Shown: positions 44,648 through 53,876 of the stretch, one piece after another
How positions within the stretch are numbered: position 1 is the first letter of the stretch
Layout of the letters: each line of letters opens with the position of its first letter
IMG/VR virus record: IMGVR_UViG_3300048856_000029
Location: 24,846-88,845 of that record
Origin: a virus
DNA length: 64,000 nt
Direction: 5' to 3' (one strand)
Made by a program: the position numbers and the translations under genes
Notes under the pieces: generated by a model
Told to the model about the DNA's origin: nothing
Seen by the model: the letters and a program-made list of their open reading frames with translations, nothing else
Databases searched by the model: none

Positions 44648-44995
44648 ATGCAGGAGCCTCATATCAAAGTTGCACCGTCCTGGCCGGTGACGATCCATAT
44701 CGCTGGTGATCCCTTCAAGGCTCGCGTCGCCTGCGCGAGCTTCTGCGACAAGGTAGGTCTCTGCGTCACCGTTAGCGATACCGACTATGTTTACAGCTTC
44801 GGCTCAGAGGTCGGCGTTCGCGTCGGCCTCATCAACTACCCTCGCTTCCCGAAGACGCCCGCCGAGATCGAGGAGACGGCCTACAAACTCGCGCTCCTTC
44901 TTCGCGATCAGCTCGACCAGCAGAGTTTCACGATCGAGACGCCAGACCAGACAACGTGGTTCTCCTGGCGCGATCAGGACACCAAGGCCGCCTGA
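44648..44995 (+). CDS. Conserved phage hypothetical protein
   Basis: GLINYPRFP motif; TAAGGA RBS. Confidence 0.75.
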   Translation: MQEPHIKVAPSWPVTIHIAGDPFKARVACASFCDKVGLCVTVSDTDYVYSFGSEVGVRVGLINYPRFPKTPAEIEETAYKLALLLRDQLDQQSFTIETPDQTTWFSWRDQDTKAA

Positions 44996-45255
44996 TGTCT
45001 CTCCCGTCCACCGACGAGTGGCCGACACACCGCGAGGAACTGTCCCGCAAATTGACGGAGACGACCGCTCGCTACGTGTCAGCCCATGCTGAAGGCAAGA
45101 TCAGCGACAAGGAGCTCTATCGCGTGGTGAGCGCGCTCTGGGACACTTGCTCCGGCCTTGTCGAAGGCCCTCCCCTGCGTCTGCTGGAAGAAATCCACAA
45201 GGAGCTTCGGAAGACCATGCTCGAGAAGCGAAAGGCACGTCTCAATGGCCGCTAA
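44995..45255 (+). CDS. Hypothetical protein
   Basis: TGATG-coupled, 86 aa. Confidence 0.65.
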   Translation: MSLPSTDEWPTHREELSRKLTETTARYVSAHAEGKISDKELYRVVSALWDTCSGLVEGPPLRLLEEIHKELRKTMLEKRKARLNGR

Positions 45256-45820
45256 GTTCGACAAGGACGCCTGGATCAAGAAGGCGATCGCCCTTGGCTA
45301 CCTGGTGCCGCGCGAAGACGGCACCGTCTACCGGCGTAAGCACATCTCGGCCGACGGTCGGACCATGAGCAAGGAGCTGGTGCCGATCAAGACGAGGGTC
45401 CACAGGAAGACGGGTCGGGTCTTTTTCGACCTGACCTTCCTCGGCATCAAGAAGTCGGTCCTGCTCAACCGAGTGATCGCGCTCGCCTTCCTGCCCAACC
45501 CGCTCAATCTGCCGCAGGTGAACCACATCGACGGTGACAAGAAGCACAACTACCTGCGCCAGCCGACAGCCGAGCTGCGCGCGAAGTGGGGCGAGTTTCA
45601 GCTTGAATGGTCGACGGGTCAGGACAACGAGCGTCACGCCCATCGCACCGGCCTGAAAACAGGCCGTGGCTCGCAAAATTCCAATGCTAAGCTGACGCCC
45701 GAAGACGTGTTGGAGATCCGCGCATCCCAGGAGTCGGACAGTGCCATTGCAGAGCGCAAAGGTGTCAGTCGCTCAACTGTAGTCAATATCAGGAAGAAAA
45801 AGACATGGACGCATCTCTGA
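45245..45820 (+). CDS. HNH homing-endonuclease-like protein with C-terminal HTH
   Basis: RVIALAFLPNP...VNHIDGDKKHN...LEW...N; AKLTPEDVLEIR...IAERKGVSRSTV. Confidence 0.85.
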   Translation: MAAKFDKDAWIKKAIALGYLVPREDGTVYRRKHISADGRTMSKELVPIKTRVHRKTGRVFFDLTFLGIKKSVLLNRVIALAFLPNPLNLPQVNHIDGDKKHNYLRQPTAELRAKWGEFQLEWSTGQDNERHAHRTGLKTGRGSQNSNAKLTPEDVLEIRASQESDSAIAERKGVSRSTVVNIRKKKTWTHL

Positions 45821-46305
45821 GCAACGCCGTCTTCTCTGACTGCGGTCTCTATCGCTATCGCCTCGACCGCATCGTCGCCGAGCTCGGCATCACGATTGCC
45901 TATTTCGGGGTCAATGGGTCAAGGGCCGGCGTCGTCGATGAGGATCAGACGACGAAGAAGTGGCGCCAGTTCACCATCCAGAACGGTGGGAGGCGCTATA
46001 TCGCCGGCAACCCGTTCGGCAAGACCGCGACCGACGTCAAGGAACTCGCCACCTGGGAAGATCCCGTTGGTCCGGATAATGACCGGCATCTGACAAACAT
46101 CATCGCTGAAGCGGATCTGCTCGTGCCCTGCTGCGGCAGCCGGCTAAAGCTTCCTCCTCGCCTGCGGCCGCACCTGGATGCGCTCTATGACCGTCTGTTC
46201 GCCTCGGGCAAGCCGGTGAAAATCTTCGGGCTGACTCAGTCGGGCGATCCACAGCATCCGCTCATGCTGCCCTACTCCACCAAGCTGGTTGACTGGGTGC
46301 GCTAA
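45805..46305 (+). CDS. DUF1643-family protein
   Basis: AVFSDCGLYRYRLDR, GVN.S.A...DQT, HPLMLPY. Confidence 0.8.
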   Translation: MDASLSNAVFSDCGLYRYRLDRIVAELGITIAYFGVNGSRAGVVDEDQTTKKWRQFTIQNGGRRYIAGNPFGKTATDVKELATWEDPVGPDNDRHLTNIIAEADLLVPCCGSRLKLPPRLRPHLDALYDRLFASGKPVKIFGLTQSGDPQHPLMLPYSTKLVDWVR

Positions 46306-46613
46306 TGGCATGGGGTGCGCGCAAGGAAGAAGACGGCTCCTGGCGCCTCTGCGAGCGGCGTGGTCGCTCGATCCTGCACGTCAGCCGTAAGCTGCGGCCA
46401 CCGATCGAGATCCGCTTCCCAGGGCGCGCTATGGCCGAGGACTGCGCCCACAAACTCAACGAGCTTTACTGGCCGGCCTATCACAAGGTCCGTTCCAAAG
46501 ACGAAACAGCGCCGGTGCCGTGCGCCTGGGAGATGCTCGACATCATCCTCGAGCACAAGGGCATTACCCCGGCCGACATGGTAATCATCAAGGAGAAATG
46601 GTCGAATGATTGA
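46305..46613 (+). CDS. Hypothetical protein
   Basis: TAATG-coupled, 102 aa. Confidence 0.65.
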   Translation: MAWGARKEEDGSWRLCERRGRSILHVSRKLRPPIEIRFPGRAMAEDCAHKLNELYWPAYHKVRSKDETAPVPCAWEMLDIILEHKGITPADMVIIKEKWSND

Positions 46614-47175
46614 AGCAGGCTTCGACACTGAAACGACCGGCCTCGAGGTCGGCGATCACCGCATCATCGAAATCTATATAGGTCTGTGGCGCGATGGCGT
46701 GCTGCTGCGCAAGTTCCATACCTTCATCGATCCGAGGCGGTCGATCACGGCCGAAGCCCAGGCGGTCCACAAGATCACTGCCGCGGATCTCGTCGGCAAG
46801 CCGGAATGGAAAGAGGTCGCGCCGACCATCCAGGCCTATCTCGCCAAGGCTGACCGGCATGTGGCTCATAACGCGCCGTTCGATATCGGCTTCCTGGAAT
46901 ACGAGTTGAAGCGGGTCGGGCTGCAGTTCCCCAAGCGCCCTGTCATCGACACCGGCACGTTCGTATGGGCAACGCCTGACGGCAAGAAGCCGACGCTCCA
47001 GGAGCTCTGCTTTGCATGTGGTGTCGACTACGCCGTCACCTCGTCTATGGGCACAGGCGCACACGCCGCGGATTACGACGTGGACGTCATGATGCAGAGC
47101 CTGGCTGCCGCACGTCGCTTCGGCTTCGTCGCTGAACCGGAGCAGGCACATGAGCAAATCCAACAGGCAGCGTGA
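46606..47175 (+). CDS. DEDDh 3'-5' exonuclease (DnaQ/epsilon-like)
   Basis: FDTETTG, AHNAPFDIGFL, HAADYD. Confidence 0.92.
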   Translation: MIEAGFDTETTGLEVGDHRIIEIYIGLWRDGVLLRKFHTFIDPRRSITAEAQAVHKITAADLVGKPEWKEVAPTIQAYLAKADRHVAHNAPFDIGFLEYELKRVGLQFPKRPVIDTGTFVWATPDGKKPTLQELCFACGVDYAVTSSMGTGAHAADYDVDVMMQSLAAARRFGFVAEPEQAHEQIQQAA

Positions 47176-47263
47176 GTATCCTGCCGCTTTCCTGAAATCG
47201 GTGCAGTACAAAGATAATGCGAAAGAAAACAGCGACTTGATCGCACTCACACAGGAGACAGAA

Positions 47264-48088
47264 ATGACCAAGCAGATCGTCACCACCGCACAACAGACCA
47301 ATATCCAGGCTATCGAAGACATGCTCGACGACCTGGAACTGGACTCGCTCGAAGCCGGCGCCGATGCCGACCTCGTCGAACAGGACGTCGTCGAACTGGA
47401 AGACGGCAGCGCCGACGGTGACACCGTCATCGAAGGCGAGATCATCGAGCCGGCCAATGTCAGCGACGAGGAGCTGGAAGCTTCCGTCGACATCGAGGAA
47501 CTGGATATCGAGCTTGAGCGCAACGAGACCTACTCGGCGCAGGAAAGCGAAACCGAGACCACCGACGACGCCGGCAAGGCGATCAAGGCGGCCAAGGACA
47601 GTTCCGAGAAGCCGGCGAAGACTGCCAGCGCCGCATCCCGCGCGCCCGCAGGACCGCGCACGCCGCGCGATCTGTCCGCGCTCGAGGCACAGCACTTCGT
47701 TCTTGAAGGCGACGCCGCGACGATGAGTGCCGGCGACCTCGACAAGAACAAGGCGGCCGTCCTCGCATCGATGCCGACGCAGAAGAAGATCGCCGAGAAG
47801 TTCGAAAACCTGCTGATCGCCATTGCCGTCAACAAGCAGCCGTCGGTCTACGTCAAGCAGGCATTCAAGCTGCTCGAGGAGAAGAAGACGATCACCAGCG
47901 CCGATATCGTCGGTATGTTCAAAGGCTCCTACTCCCAGGGCACGGCACAGAGCCAGGCCGGCCAGATCATGACGCTGTTCTCGACGGTCAAGATCGCCGA
48001 TCGCGCCAAGAACACCTTGACGCTCAACGACAACTCGGTCGTTGCCGCAAAGCTGCGCGCGATCTACGCGGCCGGTGCCGCAGCTTAA
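47264..48088 (+). CDS. Hypothetical protein with acidic N-terminus
   Basis: CAGGAG RBS before ATG 47264; D/E-rich then globular C-terminal domain. Confidence 0.75.
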   Translation: MTKQIVTTAQQTNIQAIEDMLDDLELDSLEAGADADLVEQDVVELEDGSADGDTVIEGEIIEPANVSDEELEASVDIEELDIELERNETYSAQESETETTDDAGKAIKAAKDSSEKPAKTASAASRAPAGPRTPRDLSALEAQHFVLEGDAATMSAGDLDKNKAAVLASMPTQKKIAEKFENLLIAIAVNKQPSVYVKQAFKLLEEKKTITSADIVGMFKGSYSQGTAQSQAGQIMTLFSTVKIADRAKNTLTLNDNSVVAAKLRAIYAAGAAA

Positions 48089-48103
48089 CGCTGCGGCCTC
48101 GCC

Positions 48104-48123
48104 GATCAGTCAGTATTGAATAT
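48104..48123 (-). promoter_or_regulatory. Repeated operator copy
   Basis: GATCAGTCAGTATTGAATAT. Confidence 0.65.
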
Positions 48124-48164
48124 CCAACCGCGCGTCCCTTGGGCGCAGAAAGGTTTGTGCGACA

Positions 48165-48617
48165 ATGCCTCAGACACTTTACGGCCGCACCTGGCCGGCA
48201 GCCGGCGACGAGCTCGTCTTCCTCGATCAGAACGGTCGCGACTCGGAACGCGAGGAGGCCCGCAAGCACTTCACCAAGGACCAGATCCTAAAGGTGAGGA
48301 ATATCGAGACTGGCGACTGGTCGAACTCCATCGAATTCGAGGAGGTGCCGGGCAAGCGATTCAACGGCGTCATGTTTGAACTGTTGGGCGATGACGTGCT
48401 GCCTGAAGAGGAGCCGGACATGCCAATCGCGCTTCAGGTCACTGCTCAGCAGCGCGACATGATCCTCGCGGCGCTGCGGCTCTGGACCGAGGTCGTCAAC
48501 GACGGTGCCGAATACATCACGCCGGGGCTGCTGGATATCGCCACGAATGGCGGAAAGCACGCCCTGATGGACGTCAACGAGATCGACAACCTCTGCGAAG
48601 CGCTGAACCGGGAGTAA
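48165..48617 (+). CDS. Hypothetical protein
   Basis: 150 aa, host-like codons. Confidence 0.7.
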   Translation: MPQTLYGRTWPAAGDELVFLDQNGRDSEREEARKHFTKDQILKVRNIETGDWSNSIEFEEVPGKRFNGVMFELLGDDVLPEEEPDMPIALQVTAQQRDMILAALRLWTEVVNDGAEYITPGLLDIATNGGKHALMDVNEIDNLCEALNRE

Positions 48618-48621
48618 GGCC

Positions 48622-49026
48622 ATGTGGATCCATTTCACCGATGAAGAAGCGCGTCTGATTGCGGATGCGATGCGCGGGCTTTCCTCAGACAAGCCGGGAG
48701 ACCCGACTGTCTACGACCCGATCCACGATAAGATCATGCAGGCGATCGCCAACTTCGATCCGGCCGATCCCTACCGTGCCGCGGCGCAGGAAGACGCTGA
48801 CGATGAATTGGAGGTGGATGACGACGCTGCCGTCTCGCCGGGTGAAGATCCCGGCGCCTGGGTTCAAGCATGGATCTGGATCACCGACGAGGAGGCAGGC
48901 CGCTTCACCTGCGAAGAATGCTCCGGCGTCTTCACCCTGGATCGCCGTCACTGCTCGATCGAGGGCATTTGCGACGAGTGCGCCCAGAAGGACGACGAGG
49001 AAGATGGATCAGGCGCTCTATCCTAA
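48622..49026 (+). CDS. Hypothetical protein with C-terminal CxxC...CxxC
   Basis: CEEC and CDEC. Confidence 0.7.
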   Translation: MWIHFTDEEARLIADAMRGLSSDKPGDPTVYDPIHDKIMQAIANFDPADPYRAAAQEDADDELEVDDDAAVSPGEDPGAWVQAWIWITDEEAGRFTCEECSGVFTLDRRHCSIEGICDECAQKDDEEDGSGALS

Positions 49027-49043
49027 AAACCATATCACTGGTT

Positions 49044-49066
49044 GATGATAAGGCTCCCTTATCATC
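49044..49066. repeat. 10-bp inverted repeat (terminator or operator-related)
   Basis: GATGATAAGG-ctc-CCTTATCATC. Confidence 0.55.
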
Positions 49067-49168
49067 GGCCCTGTCATAAAAACTTCGTGTAGAGTCCATC
49101 AGGCGCCAGCCGGAAGCCGAAGTAACTTGTGCAATTATTACTTAGATTAAACTAAGGAGTTGCGCACA

Positions 49169-49444
49169 ATGGGACTTGTATACGATGAGAGCGGCAAAGG
49201 CGACTTCGCAAGCGTTCGCATCGATCAGATGGACGGAACCAAAAACTTCCTGAAGCACTACGGAAACAAGCTCTATCTGTCCTTCCTGGCGAAGAACGGA
49301 ACGCAACAGGAGAGGTGGCAAGCGGAGAAGGAGTTGAAGATCGCGGAACGTAAGATGGCGTTTTGGGAAAAACATCCTAGATATGAGCCCCTCACCGCGC
49401 GACAAGGTATGGAGAGGCTCAATAAAGAGTGGAGAGGCGCTTAG
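49169..49444 (+). CDS. Small hypothetical protein (low-GC insert)
   Basis: TAAGGAG RBS. Confidence 0.65.
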   Translation: MGLVYDESGKGDFASVRIDQMDGTKNFLKHYGNKLYLSFLAKNGTQQERWQAEKELKIAERKMAFWEKHPRYEPLTARQGMERLNKEWRGA

Positions 49445-49464
49445 GCCTCTCCCATTCTAGCGGT

Positions 49465-49671
49465 TCAAGCGGCTGCGGTTGTGTCCTCTGGATATAGATC
49501 TGCGCCGAAAAAGTGGGCTTCTCGAGCCATATAGCTGATGTCCGTGGATGCTTGTTCGGTCAACAGCTCTAGGTCGAAAGCCAGCCCTCGCTCCTCAAAG
49601 AAACCCGCCACCGCTTGTTTAATGTGGGTGGACAGGTCAGTCACACTTGCCTCGAAGACTCGCCGGTTCAT
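49465..49671 (-). CDS. Small hypothetical protein, possibly LexA-regulated
   Basis: 68-aa ORF; LexA box 74 bp upstream. Confidence 0.55.
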   Translation of the reverse strand: MNRRVFEASVTDLSTHIKQAVAGFFEERGLAFDLELLTEQASTDISYMAREAHFFGADLYPEDTTAAA

Positions 49672-49744
49672 TCCGCTCTTACCTTTCTACATGGGGAATA
49701 GGACTTCATTCCTATCGTCCTTGCGACGGCAAGGCAAGCGGTTT

Positions 49745-49759
49745 GTTCACGCTTCGTTC
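49745..49759. promoter_or_regulatory. Alphaproteobacterial LexA (SOS) box
   Basis: GTTC-acgcttc-GTTC in an AT-rich divergent intergenic region. Confidence 0.6.
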
Positions 49760-49873
49760 CTGGAACTGGTCCCTCGCTACTTAACAAGTTCCTAATGTGA
49801 TCGCAAGTTATTTTCGCGTGACCTAAAGCATCCCGATGTATATTCGTCTATTATAGTTTTAGCATTCGACATC

Positions 49874-50239
49874 ATGCGAATGATGATTACACATACAGGA
49901 AAGGAGCCCATTTCGGTGGAACATTCAGATAACACTCATCTTCAGGCTGTTAAGGAAACAGCTCGGACCCTTTCGATCAGCAAAGGAGACTGTGGCATTT
50001 TAATTCAGCAGGATGGGAAAATCCGTCTCTTCCAGCACGAGATGCCGATCGAACAGCTCCGCAAGCCGATCGAGCTGATGAGCCCGCAGGAGCGCGCAAT
50101 GCTGGAAAACGGTAGACTTCTCTCGGTGCTGGCGGTCGTTGCCAGTTCGCCTGAACTGCAGGAGACGATCGCAAACGCAACCCTCGCCGATGACCCTGGG
50201 CGGGCTGTCACAGCGGGGAACAGCAATGCCAAGCACTAA
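49874..50239 (+). CDS. Hypothetical protein
   Basis: 121 aa; exact start uncertain. Confidence 0.55.
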   Translation: MRMMITHTGKEPISVEHSDNTHLQAVKETARTLSISKGDCGILIQQDGKIRLFQHEMPIEQLRKPIELMSPQERAMLENGRLLSVLAVVASSPELQETIANATLADDPGRAVTAGNSNAKH

Positions 50240-50633
50240 CAAGGTCGCGAAGGCGATCGAGGCGTTGGACATGGAGATGCGCACGCCGGAGCGCATCTTC
50301 GCGGCCATCCGGCAGGTGATCGAGAAGCATCCGGCCAGCATTGGCGAGATCTTCCCGGATCACGAGATCGTCCGGCGCAAGATGACCACGGCCGAGCGGG
50401 TCAAGAACGCCGCAAAAAGCGCAGCTCTGCGCACCAAGAAGGACGCCGGCCAGCGCGCGGAGCTCGTTAAGCCGATCATCCAGAAGGTGCTGGACGACAA
50501 TCCGCAGGCCTCGCTGGCCCAGATTAAGAATGCGCTCGACAAGAGCGGCATCAAGCCGGCCCGGGCCGCGCACTGGAATCGCTCCTCGATCAACAAGCTG
50601 ATGAAACGGGAAGGTTTGATTACTCGTGACTAA
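50226..50633 (+). CDS. Stand-alone serine-recombinase-type DNA-binding domain protein
   Basis: SLAQIKNALDKSGIKPARAAHWNRSSINKLM; no catalytic domain. Confidence 0.6.
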   Translation: MPSTNKVAKAIEALDMEMRTPERIFAAIRQVIEKHPASIGEIFPDHEIVRRKMTTAERVKNAAKSAALRTKKDAGQRAELVKPIIQKVLDDNPQASLAQIKNALDKSGIKPARAAHWNRSSINKLMKREGLITRD

Positions 50634-50865
50634 GGTAAGCCGGAAACGGCTCGAATACGCATGTCAGGCATTCCTGAACCAGATGGCTCGGGCATACGCC
50701 GCGGCGCATCCCGACGAGGCGTCGCCCATAAAGACGATCACCGATTACTCGCCCGAGCAGCGGTCGATATTGATGAAGGCGATTGGCGCCGCGATCAAAT
50801 CGACTTTGCCAGAGGCTGACCAGGCATTTGCAGACTGGCATTCACGTCAAATGAATGATCAGTAA
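50626..50865 (+). CDS. Small hypothetical protein
   Basis: GTG start overlapping the upstream stop. Confidence 0.6.
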   Translation: MTKVSRKRLEYACQAFLNQMARAYAAAHPDEASPIKTITDYSPEQRSILMKAIGAAIKSTLPEADQAFADWHSRQMNDQ

Positions 50866-50913
50866 ATACTGATTGACTGACATTCGAATCGGCGATAAGT
50901 GAACACTGAACAG
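50857..50913 (+). promoter_or_regulatory. Two tandem operator copies
   Basis: GATCAGTAAATACTGATTGA (50857) and GATAAGTGAACACTGAACAG (50894). Confidence 0.7.
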
Positions 50914-51375
50914 GAGAGAGCAATGCCTTTAGACCCAGATATACTGCGGTGCGCAATTGTCACCGCACCCTTCCGCGCGGGCAAATCCATTGCGCTGGCT
51001 GAATACGCCAAGCTGATGAGCGAAATGACCAAGGTGGTCGTGCCTGATCCTCGTGCGCGCGGCACGACGATGGGCACCATGATCGTCATGGACGAGTTCT
51101 ACCGCCCTCCTCCTTATCGCGTCGATTTTGCGCTTGTGGCGCAATTCAAGGACCACCGCTTCCCTGGCTGCACCGTGACCGTTCGGGAAGAGGATCTTGA
51201 GAGGCACGATCCACGCAACCGCAATCCACGCGCCGGCCGACAGAAGTGCTGGATCGTCTCGGGTGGCGGGACCGAGGACAAGACGCTCTACAATCTCAAC
51301 CAGGCAAAATTCATCGCTAAAACCCTGCACAAGCGCCTGGTCTCCGCTGCACTATCCTCCCGTTTTCCTTCGTAG
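50899..51375 (+). CDS. Hypothetical protein (start may be ATG 50923)
   Basis: CAGGAGAG RBS before MPLDP. Confidence 0.5.
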   Translation: MNTEQERAMPLDPDILRCAIVTAPFRAGKSIALAEYAKLMSEMTKVVVPDPRARGTTMGTMIVMDEFYRPPPYRVDFALVAQFKDHRFPGCTVTVREEDLERHDPRNRNPRAGRQKCWIVSGGGTEDKTLYNLNQAKFIAKTLHKRLVSAALSSRFPS

Positions 51376-51382
51376 CTCATGC

Positions 51383-51402
51383 GATAAGTAATTATTGATT
51401 GA
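51383..51402 (+). promoter_or_regulatory. Operator copy upstream of the kinase gene
   Basis: GATAAGTAATTATTGATTGA. Confidence 0.75.
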
Positions 51403-51420
51403 TCACGACAGGAGAGAGAC

Positions 51421-51978
51421 ATGAGCCGTCGACAAATCAATTTCGCCCGCGCTGCCGCAAGCCTCGCTCTTTATCGAGGCTATGATCGCCGCTCGACTGT
51501 GCGCCAACTGACCGATGCCGGCTGGCAGATACTCGGTCGAGGCGGTTTTGCGACGGTGCTGACGCATCCTGATTGCGAGAGCCTGGTCATTAAGGTGTCG
51601 GCGAAAGTTTCGAACCGCTTCACCCACTGCACCGATGCCTTTCCCCGCTATGCCCGCTGGCTGCTGGAAAACAAGATCCGCTCCAAGTTTGCGCCGCGCA
51701 TTCATTTCGTGCGCGCCAAGGGCGACGATCGTGTTGCCATCGTGGTCATGGAGCGCTGCTTCAGGCTGAGGGATTCGACCTTCGCCTGGAAGGCGGAAGA
51801 GACAGGAGACGCTCTCTCGCATGGGCGTGAGCCGCACAAGTCTGCCGAACTGACCGGTTGGCCGCGCCGCTTCATTGATCGGCTTGGCTTCCTTGGCACC
51901 TACGACCTGCATTCCAAGAACATCATGCAGCGCGTCGATGGCACGCCTGTCTTCACCGATCCCCTCATCGACTACTAA
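51421..51978 (+). CDS. T7 gp0.7-like Ser/Thr protein kinase
   Basis: LGRGGFATV Gly loop, VIKV, DLHSKNIM catalytic loop, VFTDP. Confidence 0.8.
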   Translation: MSRRQINFARAAASLALYRGYDRRSTVRQLTDAGWQILGRGGFATVLTHPDCESLVIKVSAKVSNRFTHCTDAFPRYARWLLENKIRSKFAPRIHFVRAKGDDRVAIVVMERCFRLRDSTFAWKAEETGDALSHGREPHKSAELTGWPRRFIDRLGFLGTYDLHSKNIMQRVDGTPVFTDPLIDY

Positions 51979-51988
51979 GGAGAGAGCT

Positions 51989-52534
51989 TTGAGCCACTAT
52001 TCGCTGCTCGGCATGAGCATGATCCAGAACGCCCAGGTCTTTGCGACCGCGGCGCATGGCGCGATCGATCAACGCCGTAAATACACCGGCGAGCCCTATA
52101 TCACCCATCCGGCTGCCGTTGCCGCGATCGTGGGCTGCGTCCGAGGCCACACCTGGCAGATGATCTGCGCTGCTTGGCTGCATGACGTGGTGGAAGACAC
52201 CAAGGTCGAGCTGCCGGTGATCGCGCAGATCTTCGGCGAGGACGTCGGTCGCATGGTCGAGGCGCTGACCAATGTGCCGCTATCTGCCGGTAATCGCGCG
52301 ACGCGGATGGTGCTAAATCTGGAGAAGCTCTCCAGAGCGTCCGCAGAGGTTCACACGATCAAGATCGCGGATCTGCTCCACAACACCAAGTCGATCGTGG
52401 AGCACGATCCGAAGTTCGCGCCGGTCTATCTCCGCGAGAAGATCGCCGCGCTCAACGTTCTGCGCCGCGGCGATCCGGTTCTCTGGTCGATGGCCTGGCG
52501 GCAATGCGCCACGCATCTGAGGATGATCGCATGA
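51989..52534 (+). CDS. RelA/SpoT-type HD hydrolase (small alarmone hydrolase/Mesh1-like)
   Basis: AAHG..QRRK.TGEPYITHP..VA, LHDVVEDT, KIADLLHN; TTG 51989 after AAGGAGAG. Confidence 0.85.
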   Translation: MSHYSLLGMSMIQNAQVFATAAHGAIDQRRKYTGEPYITHPAAVAAIVGCVRGHTWQMICAAWLHDVVEDTKVELPVIAQIFGEDVGRMVEALTNVPLSAGNRATRMVLNLEKLSRASAEVHTIKIADLLHNTKSIVEHDPKFAPVYLREKIAALNVLRRGDPVLWSMAWRQCATHLRMIA

Positions 52535-52919
52535 ACAAGCGGGAATACTATCTCACCAAGCTGGTCGAGGAATGCCTCGAGGTCGCACAGCGGGCAACCA
52601 AAGCGATGTGCTTGGCCTGGACGAGATCCAGCCGGGGCAGCCGTTCACCAATCTCCAGCGGCTGAACCAGGAATACAACGATCTCCTCGGCACGCTCGAG
52701 ATGATGGCAGAAGATGCCGACATCGAGCTTTACCGCGATGTCAGCCTGATCATCCGCAAACGCGAGAAGCTCAAGAAGTTCATGGCTTACTCGCGCGAGC
52801 AGGGCTGCCTCTCCGACGAGCCTCCATCACACGTTTCGCGTCTAGACGGCCGGCTCCTTGTGACAAGAAGCGACACGCGGTGCATGGACGAAGTCATCCC
52901 GCAACCTGAGAGACAGTGA
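52531..52919 (+). pseudogene. MazG-like nucleotide pyrophosphohydrolase, split by a 1-nt deletion near 52612
   Basis: MNKREYYLTKLVEECLEVAQRATKAMC in one frame; GLDEIQPGQPFTNLQRLNQEYNDL continues in another; restoring TTT gives CFGLDE. Confidence 0.7.
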
Positions 52920-52932
52920 AAGGACAAAGCCA

Positions 52933-53876
52933 ATGCTGAAAGTGCTTGAGTTCGCCCTCGCGGGCCACATTAACAGCCACGTCGATAGCGCTCTCGCTTC
53001 TACCCGTGAGTTCTGGCGGAGGAAGCTCGGCTTTCCAGAGGATGTCGTGACCGATCCGCGCCCGATCGCTGAGATCGCCGCATCACTTACTGCCACGCCC
53101 GCACCCCAATCGAATTTGCGGGGTGTCCAACCATCGAAGTTTGTCTATTCGTCGGTGATGCCGAAGTTCAAGAACGACGACACCGATGAGGTGGACCACC
53201 TTGAATGTTGGGTCCATACCATGCTGATAGCTCAGGATCAGGCTGAACTTTACCGGCAAGCTACCGCACTAGCAGAAGCTGCGACGGCTTTGACCAGCCC
53301 ATCGCCCGAAACTAATGTGGAGGGTGACTTCCTCAAGCCATCCACTACTGCAAGAGGCTTCGGGCTTCTGACGTTCACCGACAGGAGCGGGACCGAATGC
53401 ACCTTGCAAGAAAGCAGTCTCGCCACTGAGGCCGCGATCTGGTTTGGCGCGGCGAAACTCGAAGTCAAACGGTTTCCCGGCAACTACACCGGATGGCATG
53501 ACGTAGACTTTGCCGCTCTCTTGCCGGGACAGGACATCGTAGGCAATGAGCGGATGCACCTCACGCAGGATCACGTTCGTCGTTTGCTACCGGCTTTACA
53601 GCACTTCGCAGAGACCGGCGAGCTTCCGACCGACCCATCACCCCAACCGAATATGGTGTCGGAAGACTGCCTAGACTCAGAAGACCACCGTGACCGGAAA
53701 ATCGCCAGCGTCGTCCCGCCAGACAACGGAACGCCACACGAAGTCCTATTGGCTGTTCTCGAATGCGCGAAGTCATGGGCTCCGGAAGCCGGATCATTGG
53801 TAATGTTCGAGCGAGTGACATCGCTAGAGCCATCGAGGCCGTTACCCAACCGCAGACCAGGGAGGATTGCGGTTGA
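52933..53876 (+). CDS. Multi-domain phage hypothetical protein with an apparent 1-nt deletion near 53790
   Basis: RGFGLLTFTDRSGTECTLQESSLATE domain; shifted frame gives EARIIGNVRASDIARAIEAV and a TGATG junction at 53874-78. Confidence 0.55.

Noticed and set aside
45245-45820. HNH gene as a novel system
   Set aside because: It looks like an ordinary free-standing homing-type HNH endonuclease, common in phages.
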